Positions 1 to 7,110 of a stretch of DNA of 7,110 nt are shown piece by piece. The stretch lies in the IMG/VR virus record IMGVR_UViG_2671180268_000013; one strand, given 5' to 3'. A program made the translations under genes and the position numbers. The notes beneath the pieces are model-generated. The model saw only the letters and a list, made by a program, of their open reading frames with translations, was not told the origin of the DNA and did no database searches. The stretch comes from a virus. Lineage: Duplodnaviria > Heunggongvirae > Uroviricota > Caudoviricetes. Each line of letters opens with the position of its first letter. Positions within the stretch are counted from its first letter, which is position 1.

Positions 1-588
1 GAACAGGAGGGACAGCTGATAGAAACAGAAGCCACTGGAGCACCTCAAAAACACCATCATACACTAAATCAGTAAGTTGGCAGCATCACCGGGGGCGCAG
101 ACCCTGATTATGTTATCTGGGCGAAAGAAGTTCAGGGTATTAACCGTGCATGGACTTTCAGACACTGGAAAGGCACTGGAACGGTTGGCGTGATGGTGGC
201 GACAAACGATCCGGAACGCCCGGCCCCGGATGAAAGCGTGATTAACGCAGTCAGGGACCACATCCTTCCTCTGGCACCTGTTGCCGGAAGCGGATTGTAT
301 GTATTCGGTGCCACAGAAAAAGTCATCCCGATGACGATTGCATTATCGAAAGACACACCGCAGATCAGGACTGCAATAAAAGCAGAGCTGAATGCACTGA
401 TGTTACGGGATGGTGTGCCAGAGGGGCGTATGTATCTGTCCAGAATCAGTGAGGCCATCAGTTTGTCTGCTGGTGAAGTGGCCCACCGGTTAATCGTCCC
501 TTCATCGGATATTGACCTGGGGGAGACCGAGCTTCCGGTGCTCGGCGAGATCACCTGGCAGGCTTATGACCCGGCAAGGAGTAAATAA
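1..588 (+). pseudogene. Baseplate J/gp47-family protein (P2 gpJ / Mu gp47-like), 3' portion entering from upstream; frame interrupted by in-frame TAA at 73-75
   Basis: Frame 1 is open from the window edge but has TAA at 73-75. Translation continues in the same frame (VGSITGGADPDYVIWAKEVQGINRAW..., C-terminal layout resembling P2 gpJ) with no ATG/GTG/TTG between 76 and the GTG at 190. Frames 2 and 3 upstream are stop-rich or low-complexity. Stop at 586-588 overlaps the next gene start. A restart at GTG 190 would give only a 132-aa C-terminal fragment. Confidence 0.55.
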
Positions 589-1178
589 TGGATTCGTTAC
601 AGGATGATTATACAAAGCTGCTGTACGGACTGATGCCGCCGGGGCCTGCATGGTCAGATACCGACGGTGTACTTGACGGTCTGGCACCATCGCTTGTGCG
701 TGTTCACCAGCGGGCTGATGAACTGGTGATTGAAATCGATCCCGGTCAGTCCACAGAGCTGATTGAACGTTATGAAGAATTGTATGGTTTACCTGATTCC
801 TGTTCCCCTGTCGGAACCCAGACATTACGCCAGCGTCAGCAACGTCTTGAAGCAAAAGCCAATGTGGCTGGTGGCATAAATGAGCAGTTCTTCCTGGATC
901 AGCTTGAGGCGCTGGGATATACCGGCGTAACGATCGAACAGTTCCAGCACTTGGATGCAAGCCCCGATCCGGAATGGGGAGATCGCTGGCGTTATTTCTG
1001 GCGTGTGACGTTGCCGATGGATGCCGGTGCTCAGTGGCAGACATGCACGGACGCCTGCAACACACCGATCCGGACGTGGGGGGATACGGTTGCGGAGTGC
1101 GTGATTAATAAATTATGTCCGTCACACACCGTCGTTTTATTTTCCTATCCAGATGAGGATGAAGATGCACAGGATTGA
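588..1178 (+). CDS. Phage baseplate/tail protein, P2 gpI / Mu gp48-like (e14 YmfQ-like, DUF2313-type)
   Basis: 196-aa ORF. ATG at 588 overlaps the upstream stop (TAATG), with AAGGAG at 576-581 six nt upstream. Position after the J-like gene and before the tail fibre matches baseplate gene order. N-terminus MDSLQDDYTKLLYGL resembles the YmfQ family from memory. Confidence 0.8.
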   Translation: MDSLQDDYTKLLYGLMPPGPAWSDTDGVLDGLAPSLVRVHQRADELVIEIDPGQSTELIERYEELYGLPDSCSPVGTQTLRQRQQRLEAKANVAGGINEQFFLDQLEALGYTGVTIEQFQHLDASPDPEWGDRWRYFWRVTLPMDAGAQWQTCTDACNTPIRTWGDTVAECVINKLCPSHTVVLFSYPDEDEDAQD

Positions 1179-2205
1179 TACGCTGACTGCGGTAAAAGAT
1201 AAGTTTGGTCCGGGTAAGAACGGATTTACTGACGGAAATCTTCGCACAGGACGTCTTGCTACCTGGCTGAACAGTGCCATGTGGAATGCCATTCAGGAGG
1301 AAATCTGTGGTGTCATTGAGAAGGCCGGGATAGAACTGAATAAAGAAGAACACGACCAGCTATATAAGGCTATATTATTGCTGGTGGGCGGTGCAATTAA
1401 CGAAGAGGCATTGCTGATAAAAAATAACCTTTCGGATGTGGAAGACAGGGATGAGGCTGTTGAAAACCTCGGATTAAAACCCACGGTGGATAAGGCAAAA
1501 AATGCCGTTCAGCGTGATGGCGACACCATGACCGGAGAGCTGAAAATCCGTGGTGTTAATGCGCTGAGGATTTTCAACGAAGCTTTTGGCCTGATTTTTC
1601 GTCGTTCGGAAGAGTGCCTGCACCTTATTCCCACCAGTGAAGGTCAGGGGGAAAATGGCGATATTGGTCCCCTGCGCCCGTTCACCATTAATCTGCGGAC
1701 GGGTGAAATATCCATGTCGCATAAAGTGTCTGTTGGCGGTGGTTCGCAGGTCAATGGTGCGCTGGGTATCGGCGTTCAGAACGCCCTGGGGGGGAATTCA
1801 ATTGTTCTTGGTGATAATGACACCGGATTCAAACAGAATGGTGATGGCCTGCTGGATGTTTATGCCAATAGCGTGCATGTGTTGCGTTTTCAGAGTGGCA
1901 GTATCCAGAGTAATAAAGCTGTAAACGTTACAGGACGGGTAACACCGTCAGACTACGGAAACTTTGATGCCCGTTACCAGCAGCGAAATGGTGGCGTGCA
2001 GGATGTGCGGTATGGTTATGAAATGTATTACCCCCCCGGCAGTAACACCGTTTCGTGGACATTTCGCTCACCTTCGGGACACGGGCTGTCAGGGATATCG
2101 ATATCGGATACCGGCCGTAACTCAGCGGATAACGTCAACGGCGTGTATTACCGACCGCTGCAAAAACTGATTAATGGCACCTGGTATAACGTAGCGAGTA
2201 TTTAA
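1165..2205 (+). CDS. Tail fibre protein; e14 StfP-like N-terminal region joined to a P2 gpH-like C-terminal receptor-binding region
   Basis: ORF track gives 1153..2205. I prefer ATG 1165 (MHRIDTLTAVKDKFG..., the StfP-type N-terminus) with GAGG at 1155-1158 upstream. The C-terminal part carries motifs I recall from P2 gpH-type fibres (NAVQRDGDTMTG, GGNSIVLGDNDTGFKQNGDGLLDVYANS, ending INGTWYNVASI). Start overlaps the end of the upstream gene. Confidence 0.8.
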   Translation: MHRIDTLTAVKDKFGPGKNGFTDGNLRTGRLATWLNSAMWNAIQEEICGVIEKAGIELNKEEHDQLYKAILLLVGGAINEEALLIKNNLSDVEDRDEAVENLGLKPTVDKAKNAVQRDGDTMTGELKIRGVNALRIFNEAFGLIFRRSEECLHLIPTSEGQGENGDIGPLRPFTINLRTGEISMSHKVSVGGGSQVNGALGIGVQNALGGNSIVLGDNDTGFKQNGDGLLDVYANSVHVLRFQSGSIQSNKAVNVTGRVTPSDYGNFDARYQQRNGGVQDVRYGYEMYYPPGSNTVSWTFRSPSGHGLSGISISDTGRNSADNVNGVYYRPLQKLINGTWYNVASI

Positions 2206-2207
2206 CA

Positions 2208-2753
2208 ATGTTGCATTTAAAAAATATTACGGCAGGTAATCCGAAAACCGCGGAATAATATCAGCTGACAAAACAGTATGATGTCACCTGGCTTTTTTCG
2301 GAAGACGGCAAAAACTGGTATGAAGAACAGAAGAACTTTGCCAGTGACACCATAAAAATGGTTTACACCGGAGACGGGCGCGTGGTGTGGGTCGGTAAGG
2401 ATGTGACAGGCATTGAACCCCGTAACGCCAGTGTTATTGAAGTTCCTGATATTACCGCCAACCGCCGCATTACCGCGCCGGGTTACTGGTTTTACCGCAA
2501 TGATGAATTTGTCTTTGACTACAGACTCAAAGCGGAAGATGAGCGTGATGCCCTTCTGGCTCAGGTCAGTGCCCGGACAGGGGAATGGGAAGAAGACCTG
2601 CTGCTGGGGCTAATCAGCGACGAAGACCGGGAAAAACTGAAAGCGTACCGTATTTACGCGAAATCGCTGCAGGCGATGGATTTCAGCACCATCACTGATA
2701 AATCCTCATATAACGCCATTGAATGGTCCGTCTCTCCGGAAGGTTCTTCCTGA
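2208..2753 (+). pseudogene. Tail fibre assembly protein (P2 gpG / TfaE-like) with in-frame TAA at codon 17
   Basis: ATG at 2208 gives MLHLKNITAGNPKTAE, then TAA at 2256-2258, then the same frame continues YQLTKQYDVTWLFSEDGKNWYEEQKNF...VIEVPDITANRR. This is colinear with the P2 G / TfaE family, where Q (CAA) occupies the stop position. The first downstream ATG in frame is 2358, giving a 131-aa N-truncated product. Confidence 0.6.
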
Positions 2754-2776
2754 TTTAATTTATCGCGAGAAAAACT

Positions 2777-4045
2777 ATGTCTGTAGTGATATCAGGTGCG
2801 CTGACTGATGGCGCAGGCATCCCCATGTCCGGATGCCAGATTATTCTGAAATCCCGTGTAAACACCTCAGAAGTGGTGATGCGTACCAGGGCTGATGTAG
2901 TGACCGGAAATAACGGTGAATATTCGTTTGAGGCACAGGTCGGAAAATATTGCGTGTATCTGAAACGGGACTGGCGCGACGAGTACTGTGTTGGCGACAT
3001 TGCTGTATACGACGACTCAAAGCCCGGCACGCTGAATGACTTTCTGATTGCTCCTGATGAGGGCGACCTGAAACCGGATGTCGTCAAACGCTTTGAGGAA
3101 ATGGTGGCGCAGGCGCAGCAGAGCGCCGGGGCCGCAGCCGGAAACGCACAGCAGACGGCGCAGGATGTGGCGGCAGCCGCAGGTTATGCCCGCGCAGCAG
3201 AGCAGGCCAAAAATGACATTGATGCTGCGCTGACCGGCACTCTGAAAACGGCTAACCATCTGTCTGAAATCGCAGCAGCAGGCGAAAAGGCACAACAGAA
3301 GTCCCGGGATAATCTGGGGCTGAAAAGTGCGGCCACGATGGAAGCACAGAGCGACATTTACGACCGGACAAAAGGCCGTCTGGCGATACCCGGCGCATTC
3401 GGCTTTGGGTGTGCTTTTCTGCCTGAAGATGTTATCCGTTTTGACACTAAGAGTGATTTCCTGGCCTGGGTAAGGAATGCGCTGCCAGGTGAATATTCCG
3501 TTGCTGGCCCCTACGACATCATCATACCCGACACACGGTTTGAAGGGGTGCTCAGCATCCGGTGGACTGATGCACGCCCTGAGACAACAGAACCGAGGTA
3601 CAGAGCCAAATCCCTTACTTTTTACGGCATTAACGGCCCCATTTATCACACCCGCTACTGCTACTGGCCCATATCCAGACTGACTGGCTGGGTGAAAATA
3701 AATATAACCACAGAAGATATTATTTACAGAATCGTGGCGAGCTCTGTCTGCAACAGATGGGGAGACCCTGACATTGGCGGGCTGATTATTGCTGCGTACC
3801 AGGGAGAAGCTGACGGTGATAAAGTCATCAGACTTGTCAGGGGGCAGTCATACAGAGGCTCACGACTGGGACCGGTGGGGATTTCAGTGCCCAGTACTCC
3901 CACCGGAACGTATATAGCATCCCCACAATTTTTCATTACGGGATGTTCAGAGCATTCATTACCGGGGTCATATAGCGCCCTGTCCGGGGTGCCGGATGCT
4001 CATGTCTCTGGCGCAATGCCCGGGCTTTTTATTCGCACATCGTGA
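2777..4045 (+). CDS. Side tail fibre-like protein with lambda Stf-type N-terminal domain (Phage_fiber_N-like) and an unassigned C-terminal domain
   Basis: 422-aa ORF. The first ~100 aa (MSVVISGALTDGAGIPMSGCQIILKSR...VYDDSKPGTLNDFLIA) resemble the lambda Stf N-terminal domain. An Ala/Gln-rich stretch follows (about aa 110-200), then ~220 aa I cannot assign to a family. Confidence 0.75.
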   Translation: MSVVISGALTDGAGIPMSGCQIILKSRVNTSEVVMRTRADVVTGNNGEYSFEAQVGKYCVYLKRDWRDEYCVGDIAVYDDSKPGTLNDFLIAPDEGDLKPDVVKRFEEMVAQAQQSAGAAAGNAQQTAQDVAAAAGYARAAEQAKNDIDAALTGTLKTANHLSEIAAAGEKAQQKSRDNLGLKSAATMEAQSDIYDRTKGRLAIPGAFGFGCAFLPEDVIRFDTKSDFLAWVRNALPGEYSVAGPYDIIIPDTRFEGVLSIRWTDARPETTEPRYRAKSLTFYGINGPIYHTRYCYWPISRLTGWVKINITTEDIIYRIVASSVCNRWGDPDIGGLIIAAYQGEADGDKVIRLVRGQSYRGSRLGPVGISVPSTPTGTYIASPQFFITGCSEHSLPGSYSALSGVPDAHVSGAMPGLFIRTS

Positions 4046-4055
4046 GGAATGCACC

Positions 4056-4806
4056 GTGGAAATTAAAAAAATCATTAATCCCCGTTATACCGAAAGTGGC
4101 GCAGTAGACTGTGACGTTTTTTTTGACGACAGGGACCAGGCAGTCCCCTACACAGCCACCGCTGATGATGTCGCACCGACGGGTCAGCGAATCTGGCAGG
4201 AACTGCAAAGTGGCAAATGGGGTGAGATAGCCCCATTCACTGTGACACCAGAAATGCTGGAAGCGGCCAGAGAGGCCAGACGTCAGGAAATTGAAGCATG
4301 GCGCACAGAACAGGAGGCGAAGCCGTTCACGTTTGAATGGAANNNNNNNNNNNNNNNNNNNNNNNNNNNNNNNNNNNNNNNNNNNNNNNNNNNNNNNNNN
4401 NNNNNNNNNNNNNNNNNNNNNNNNNNNNNNNNNNNNNNNNNNNNNNNNNNNNNNNNNNNNNNNNNNNNNNNNNNNNNNNNNNNNNNNNNNNNNNNNNNNN
4501 NNNNNNNNNNNNNNNNNNNNNNNNNNNNNNNNNNNNNNNNNNNNNNNNNNNNNNNNNNNNNNNNNNNNNNNNNNNNNNNNNNNNNNNNNNNNNNNNNNNN
4601 NNNNNNNNNNNNNNNNNNNNNNNNNNNNNGATGCCGATAATCAGCAGGTGAAACTGTCGATGCCGGAACTGGAAGAACTGGCGGCAGCAATGGTGCAGGC
4701 GCAGGTCGATCGCAACGATGAGATTTATCGCCGTCAGCGTGAAATGAAAGAGGAGCTGAGTGGTCTGGAGGATTTGGGAACAATTAGAGCGTTTGATGTT
4801 ACGTAA
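4056..4806 (+). CDS. Putative tail fibre assembly/chaperone-like protein, interrupted by assembly gap (may be one gene or two)
   Basis: GTG at 4056 with GAGG at 4044-4047, immediately after the fibre stop; VEIKKIINPRYTESGAVDCDV... runs into the N run at 4343. After the gap an open frame (DADNQQVKLSMPELEEL...GTIRAFDVT) ends with TAA at 4804-4806. Gap length and frame relationship are unknown, so continuity is assumed. Family assignment is tentative. Confidence 0.4.
4343..4629. other. Assembly gap (287 N)
   Basis: Uninterrupted run of n from 4343 to 4629. All ORFs in the track that translate as X across this region are artefacts. Confidence 0.99.
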
Positions 4807-4852
4807 TTGGTAAGCTGCATCGTGTTAAATTGTTACCCTTATTTACAACTAG

Positions 4853-4886
4853 AAAAGCCTCTGACTTCATAATCAGAGGCTTTTTT
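4853..4886. terminator. Rho-independent terminator hairpin, potentially bidirectional
   Basis: AAAAGCCTCTGA (4853-4864), loop CTTCATAA, TCAGAGGCTTTT (4873-4884), then T-run to 4886 on the plus strand. The reverse strand reads stem then TTTTCT. It sits between the last tail-module gene and the ssrA 3' end. Confidence 0.6.
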
Positions 4887-5004
4887 GAAATGCACGTGCA
4901 TTTTGCGTGTATATTTTTGTCTTTTTCTGGTCCGCTTACTGTCTGGTCAGTGTCCGTAAGTGACTGTTTTTATAGTCTCTGTCCGGTTGCAGTCCTGTCA
5001 AAAG

Positions 5005-5367
5005 TGGTGGAGCTGGCGGGAGTTGAACCCGCGTCCGAAATTCCTACATCCTCGGTACTACATGCTTAGTCAGTCTTTACATTCGCTTGCCAGCTGCGGA
5101 CGGACACGCCACTAACAAACTAGCCTGATTAAGTTTTAACGCTTCAACCCCAGGCAGGGCTTCCACGCGATCTCTTTTGGGTTTGACCTCTCTTGATCCC
5201 CGTCCTAAGAGCGGAGGCTAGGGAGAGAGGGCTCTAAGCAGGTTATTAAGCTGCTAAAGCGTAGTTTTCGTCGTTTGCGACTATTTTTTGCGGCTTTTTA
5301 CGAGGCCAACCGCCCCTCGGCATGCACCTTGGGTTTCGCAAATCCCGTCGAATCCAGAATCAGCCCC
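5005..5367 (-). ncRNA. ssrA: tmRNA (SsrA, transfer-messenger RNA), 363 nt
   Basis: Reverse complement begins GGGGCTGATTCTGGATTCGACGGGATTTGCG and ends GGTTCAACTCCCGCCAGCTCCACCA. The tag reading frame at 5246-5278 (minus) encodes ANDENYALAA plus stop. It lies downstream of smpB on the same strand, as in E. coli. Confidence 0.97.
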
Positions 5368-5381
5368 AATGTGTAAAGGTA

Positions 5382-5411
5382 AGTATACCAGATTTATGAG
5401 CGCCATGACCA
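5382..5411 (-). promoter_or_regulatory. Candidate ssrA promoter (-10 TATACT, weak -35)
   Basis: Minus-strand TATACT at 5387-5382, about 14 nt upstream of the mature tmRNA 5' end, consistent with a short precursor leader. A weak -35-like TGGTCA sits about 18 bp upstream. Sequence inspection only. Confidence 0.3.
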
Positions 5412-5581
5412 GCCTCAATGGCGTTATCGTTAAAGATTTAGCACCCATGTAGCCTGATTTTTATTCGATTAAGCAATGGGATGGCAACATTTGTGTCGGA
5501 TGTGATAGCCAATAAGATGTTCATTCGCGCCGCCGGAGAGGGAGGCGCGGTGAGGAACTGGTCAATAATTGGAGTGCAGGT

Positions 5582-6064
5582 TTAACGGTGGGCGTTTTTC
5601 ATGATACGTGCTTTATCCACCTGCCATTCGCGTTCTTTGATATCTGAACGTTTATCGTGCTGTTTTTTACCTTTGGCGACGCCGATTTTCACTTTGCACC
5701 AGGCATTTTTCCAGTACAGGGAGAGCGCCACTACGGTATAGCCTTCTCGATTGACGCGACCGTACAATGAGTCCAGTTCGCGCTGGTTGAGAAGTAACTT
5801 GCGGGTACGGGTAGGATCGCACACCACATGCGTGGAGGCCACGGCCATTGGCGTGATGTTAGCGCCAAACAGAAATGCCTCTCCGTCACGCAGAAGGACG
5901 TAGCTGTCGCTGATATTGGCTTTTCCTGCGCGCAGGGATTTAACTTCCCAGCCTTGCAGGGCAAGTCCCGCTTCGAACTCTTCTTCGATAAAGTATTCGT
6001 GACGGGCGCGCTTGTTAAGCGCGATGGTCGCTGAACCAGGTTTATGTGCTTTTTTCTTCGTCAT
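5582..6064 (-). CDS. smpB: SsrA-binding protein SmpB
   Basis: 160-aa [67 protein letters not shown]..., recognised as E. coli-type SmpB; located immediately upstream of ssrA on the same strand. Confidence 0.97.
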
Positions 6065-6195
6065 AAGCGTCGTGAATCATCGGTAATCTGAAATCGAAAA
6101 CACCCCATATCAATCCTGCGGGGGACAAGGCTCTATCTTAGCATGAACCCGATGTTACCCAGCGCCGGGATAGCGTTTTTTTTACAGCAGGATAA

Positions 6196-6672
6196 ATGAT
6201 ATTATTTGTTGGATTTTTGTTGATGGAAATAGTTATGCCTCAGATTAGCCGGACCGCACTGGTACCCTACAGCGCGGAGCAAATGTATCAGTTAGTGAAT
6301 GACGTTCAGTCTTATCCTCAGTTTTTGCCGGGTTGTACCGGAAGTCGGATTCTGGAGTCCACTCCTGGGCAGATGACTGCGGCGGTAGATGTCTCTAAGG
6401 CTGGGATCAGCAAAACGTTTACTACCCGCAACCAGTTGACCAGTAACCAAAGTATTCTTATGAATCTGGTGGATGGGCCGTTCAAGAAATTGATTGGTGG
6501 ATGGAAGTTTACGCCGCTGAGCCAGGAGGCGTGTCGTATCGAGTTTCATCTCGACTTTGAGTTTACCAATAAGTTGATTGAACTCGCCTTTGGTCGCGTG
6601 TTTAAAGAGCTGGCGTCTAATATGGTCCAGGCTTTTACGGTTCGTGCGAAAGAGGTTTACAGTGCTAGGTAA
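6196..6672 (+). CDS. ratA: Ribosome association toxin RatA (YfjG; SRPBCC/polyketide cyclase-fold family)
   Basis: 158-aa ORF divergent from smpB, conserved ratA position. Start is ambiguous: ATG 6196 has AGGA only 3 nt upstream; ATG 6235 (MPQISRTAL...) has better GGAA spacing and would give 145 aa. Confidence 0.88.
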   Translation: MILFVGFLLMEIVMPQISRTALVPYSAEQMYQLVNDVQSYPQFLPGCTGSRILESTPGQMTAAVDVSKAGISKTFTTRNQLTSNQSILMNLVDGPFKKLIGGWKFTPLSQEACRIEFHLDFEFTNKLIELAFGRVFKELASNMVQAFTVRAKEVYSAR

Positions 6673-6952
6673 AATTGCCGTTGAGGTGGCTTATGCGCTA
6701 CCTGAGAAGCAGTACCTGCAGCGCGTGACGCTGCAGGAGGGCGCGACGGTTGAAGAAGCTATTCGCGCCAGTGGCTTGCTGGAATTGCGTACCGATATCG
6801 ATTTAACTAAAAACAAAGTCGGCATTTACAGCCGTCCGGCAAAACTAAGCGATAGTGTGCATGATGGCGATCGGGTGGAGATTTATCGCCCTCTCATTGC
6901 CGATCCGAAAGAGCTTCGCAGGCAACGAGCAGAAAAATCAGCGAATAAATAA
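6662..6952 (+). CDS. ratB: RatB / YfjF (UPF0125 family) protein
   Basis: The track ORF 6578..6952 is over-extended. Likely start is GTG 6662 ([27 protein letters not shown]...), overlapping the ratA stop by 11 nt and giving 96 aa. Terminator follows. Confidence 0.85.
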   Translation: MLGKIAVEVAYALPEKQYLQRVTLQEGATVEEAIRASGLLELRTDIDLTKNKVGIYSRPAKLSDSVHDGDRVEIYRPLIADPKELRRQRAEKSANK

Positions 6953-7028
6953 CAGACAGAAAAAAGGTGCTCATTGAGCTAATGCCGATCAGTTAAGGAT
7001 CAGTTGACCGATCCAGTGGCTGTGTAAG

Positions 7029-7063
7029 AATCCGGAAACGCTCACTTGTTTCCGGATTTTTTT
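7029..7063 (+). terminator. Rho-independent terminator downstream of ratB
   Basis: AATCCGGAAAC (7029-7039), loop GCTCACTT, GTTTCCGGATT (7048-7058) running into a 7-T tract (7057-7063). Confidence 0.6.
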
Positions 7064-7110
7064 ATGCACATTGGACAGGCTCTTGATCTGGTATCCCGTT
7101 ACGATTCTCT

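Larger units (their letters stand above)
1..5004. mobile_element. Distal (tail-fibre) end of a prophage or phage-tail-like element inserted next to the ssrA 3' end; extends beyond window start
   Basis: Contiguous same-strand tail genes (J-like, gpI/gp48-like, two fibres, two chaperone-like genes) end about 200 bp from the tmRNA 3' end, a classic integration hotspot. No integrase in the window, consistent with integrase at the far end. Exact boundary not determinable here. Confidence 0.6.

Noticed and set aside
502-1065. 187-aa minus-strand ORF antisense to the J-like and gpI-like genes
   Set aside because: Fully overlaps well-supported plus-strand genes; Arg/His/Pro-rich translation typical of an antisense frame in GC-rich coding DNA; no ribosome-binding site.
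1637-2613. Alternative-frame ORFs inside fibre 1 and the tfa gene (1637..1924, 1964..2170, 2413..2613)
   Set aside because: Embedded in other frames of genes whose main frames show recognisable tail fibre and Tfa sequence; no independent support.
3017-3649. 210-aa minus-strand ORF inside fibre 2
   Set aside because: Antisense to the Ala/Gln-rich part of the fibre gene; Cys/Arg-rich low-complexity translation; an expected artefact of biased codon composition.
3996-4806. ORFs translating through the N run (3996..4640, 4283..4783 minus, 4291..4806, 4337..4651)
   Set aside because: Their X stretches are translation of gap Ns. Only the flanking real sequence was used, for the chaperone-like gene, with start moved to GTG 4056.
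1165-4806. A functional invertible host-range segment (Mu G / e14 P type) across the two fibre cassettes
   Set aside because: Both cassettes are on the same strand, no serine invertase gene is present, and only one weak crossover-like site was seen. At most a relic, reported separately at low confidence.
4830-5069. 79-aa plus-strand ORF spanning the junction and the ssrA 3' end
   Set aside because: Overlaps the tmRNA gene and terminator hairpin, has no ribosome-binding site and a hydrophobic low-complexity translation; most likely spurious.
7064-7110. Possible 3' end of a convergent minus-strand gene (bamE is expected here in E. coli) after the ratB terminator
   Set aside because: Only 47 nt are available and none of the minus-strand frames matched the BamE C-terminus as I remember it; too little sequence to call.
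1-7110. CRISPR array, tRNA/rRNA genes, IS elements or defence-system genes
   Set aside because: No repeat-spacer periodicity, no tRNA-like cloverleaf region other than the tRNA-like domain within tmRNA, no transposase or integrase-like ORF, and every sizeable ORF is accounted for by tail or core genes.

Overview
This is an enterobacterial (E. coli/Shigella-type) chromosomal window with two parts. Positions 1 to about 5004 are the tail-fibre end of a prophage or phage-tail-like element: a J-like baseplate gene, a gpI/gp48-like gene, a mosaic tail fibre, a tail fibre assembly gene carrying an in-frame stop, a second tail fibre with a lambda Stf-type N-terminus, and a chaperone-like gene broken by a 287-N assembly gap. 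This element abuts the 3' end of ssrA (tmRNA, 5005-5367, minus strand), followed by the conserved core genes smpB (minus) and ratA-ratB (plus). I see no CRISPR array, rRNA, tRNA, integrase, transposase or recognisable defence system; the notable signals are two tail genes with in-frame TAA codons, the unassigned C-terminal half of the second fibre, and a possible relic invertase crossover site. All homology calls are from reading the translations, not from a database search.
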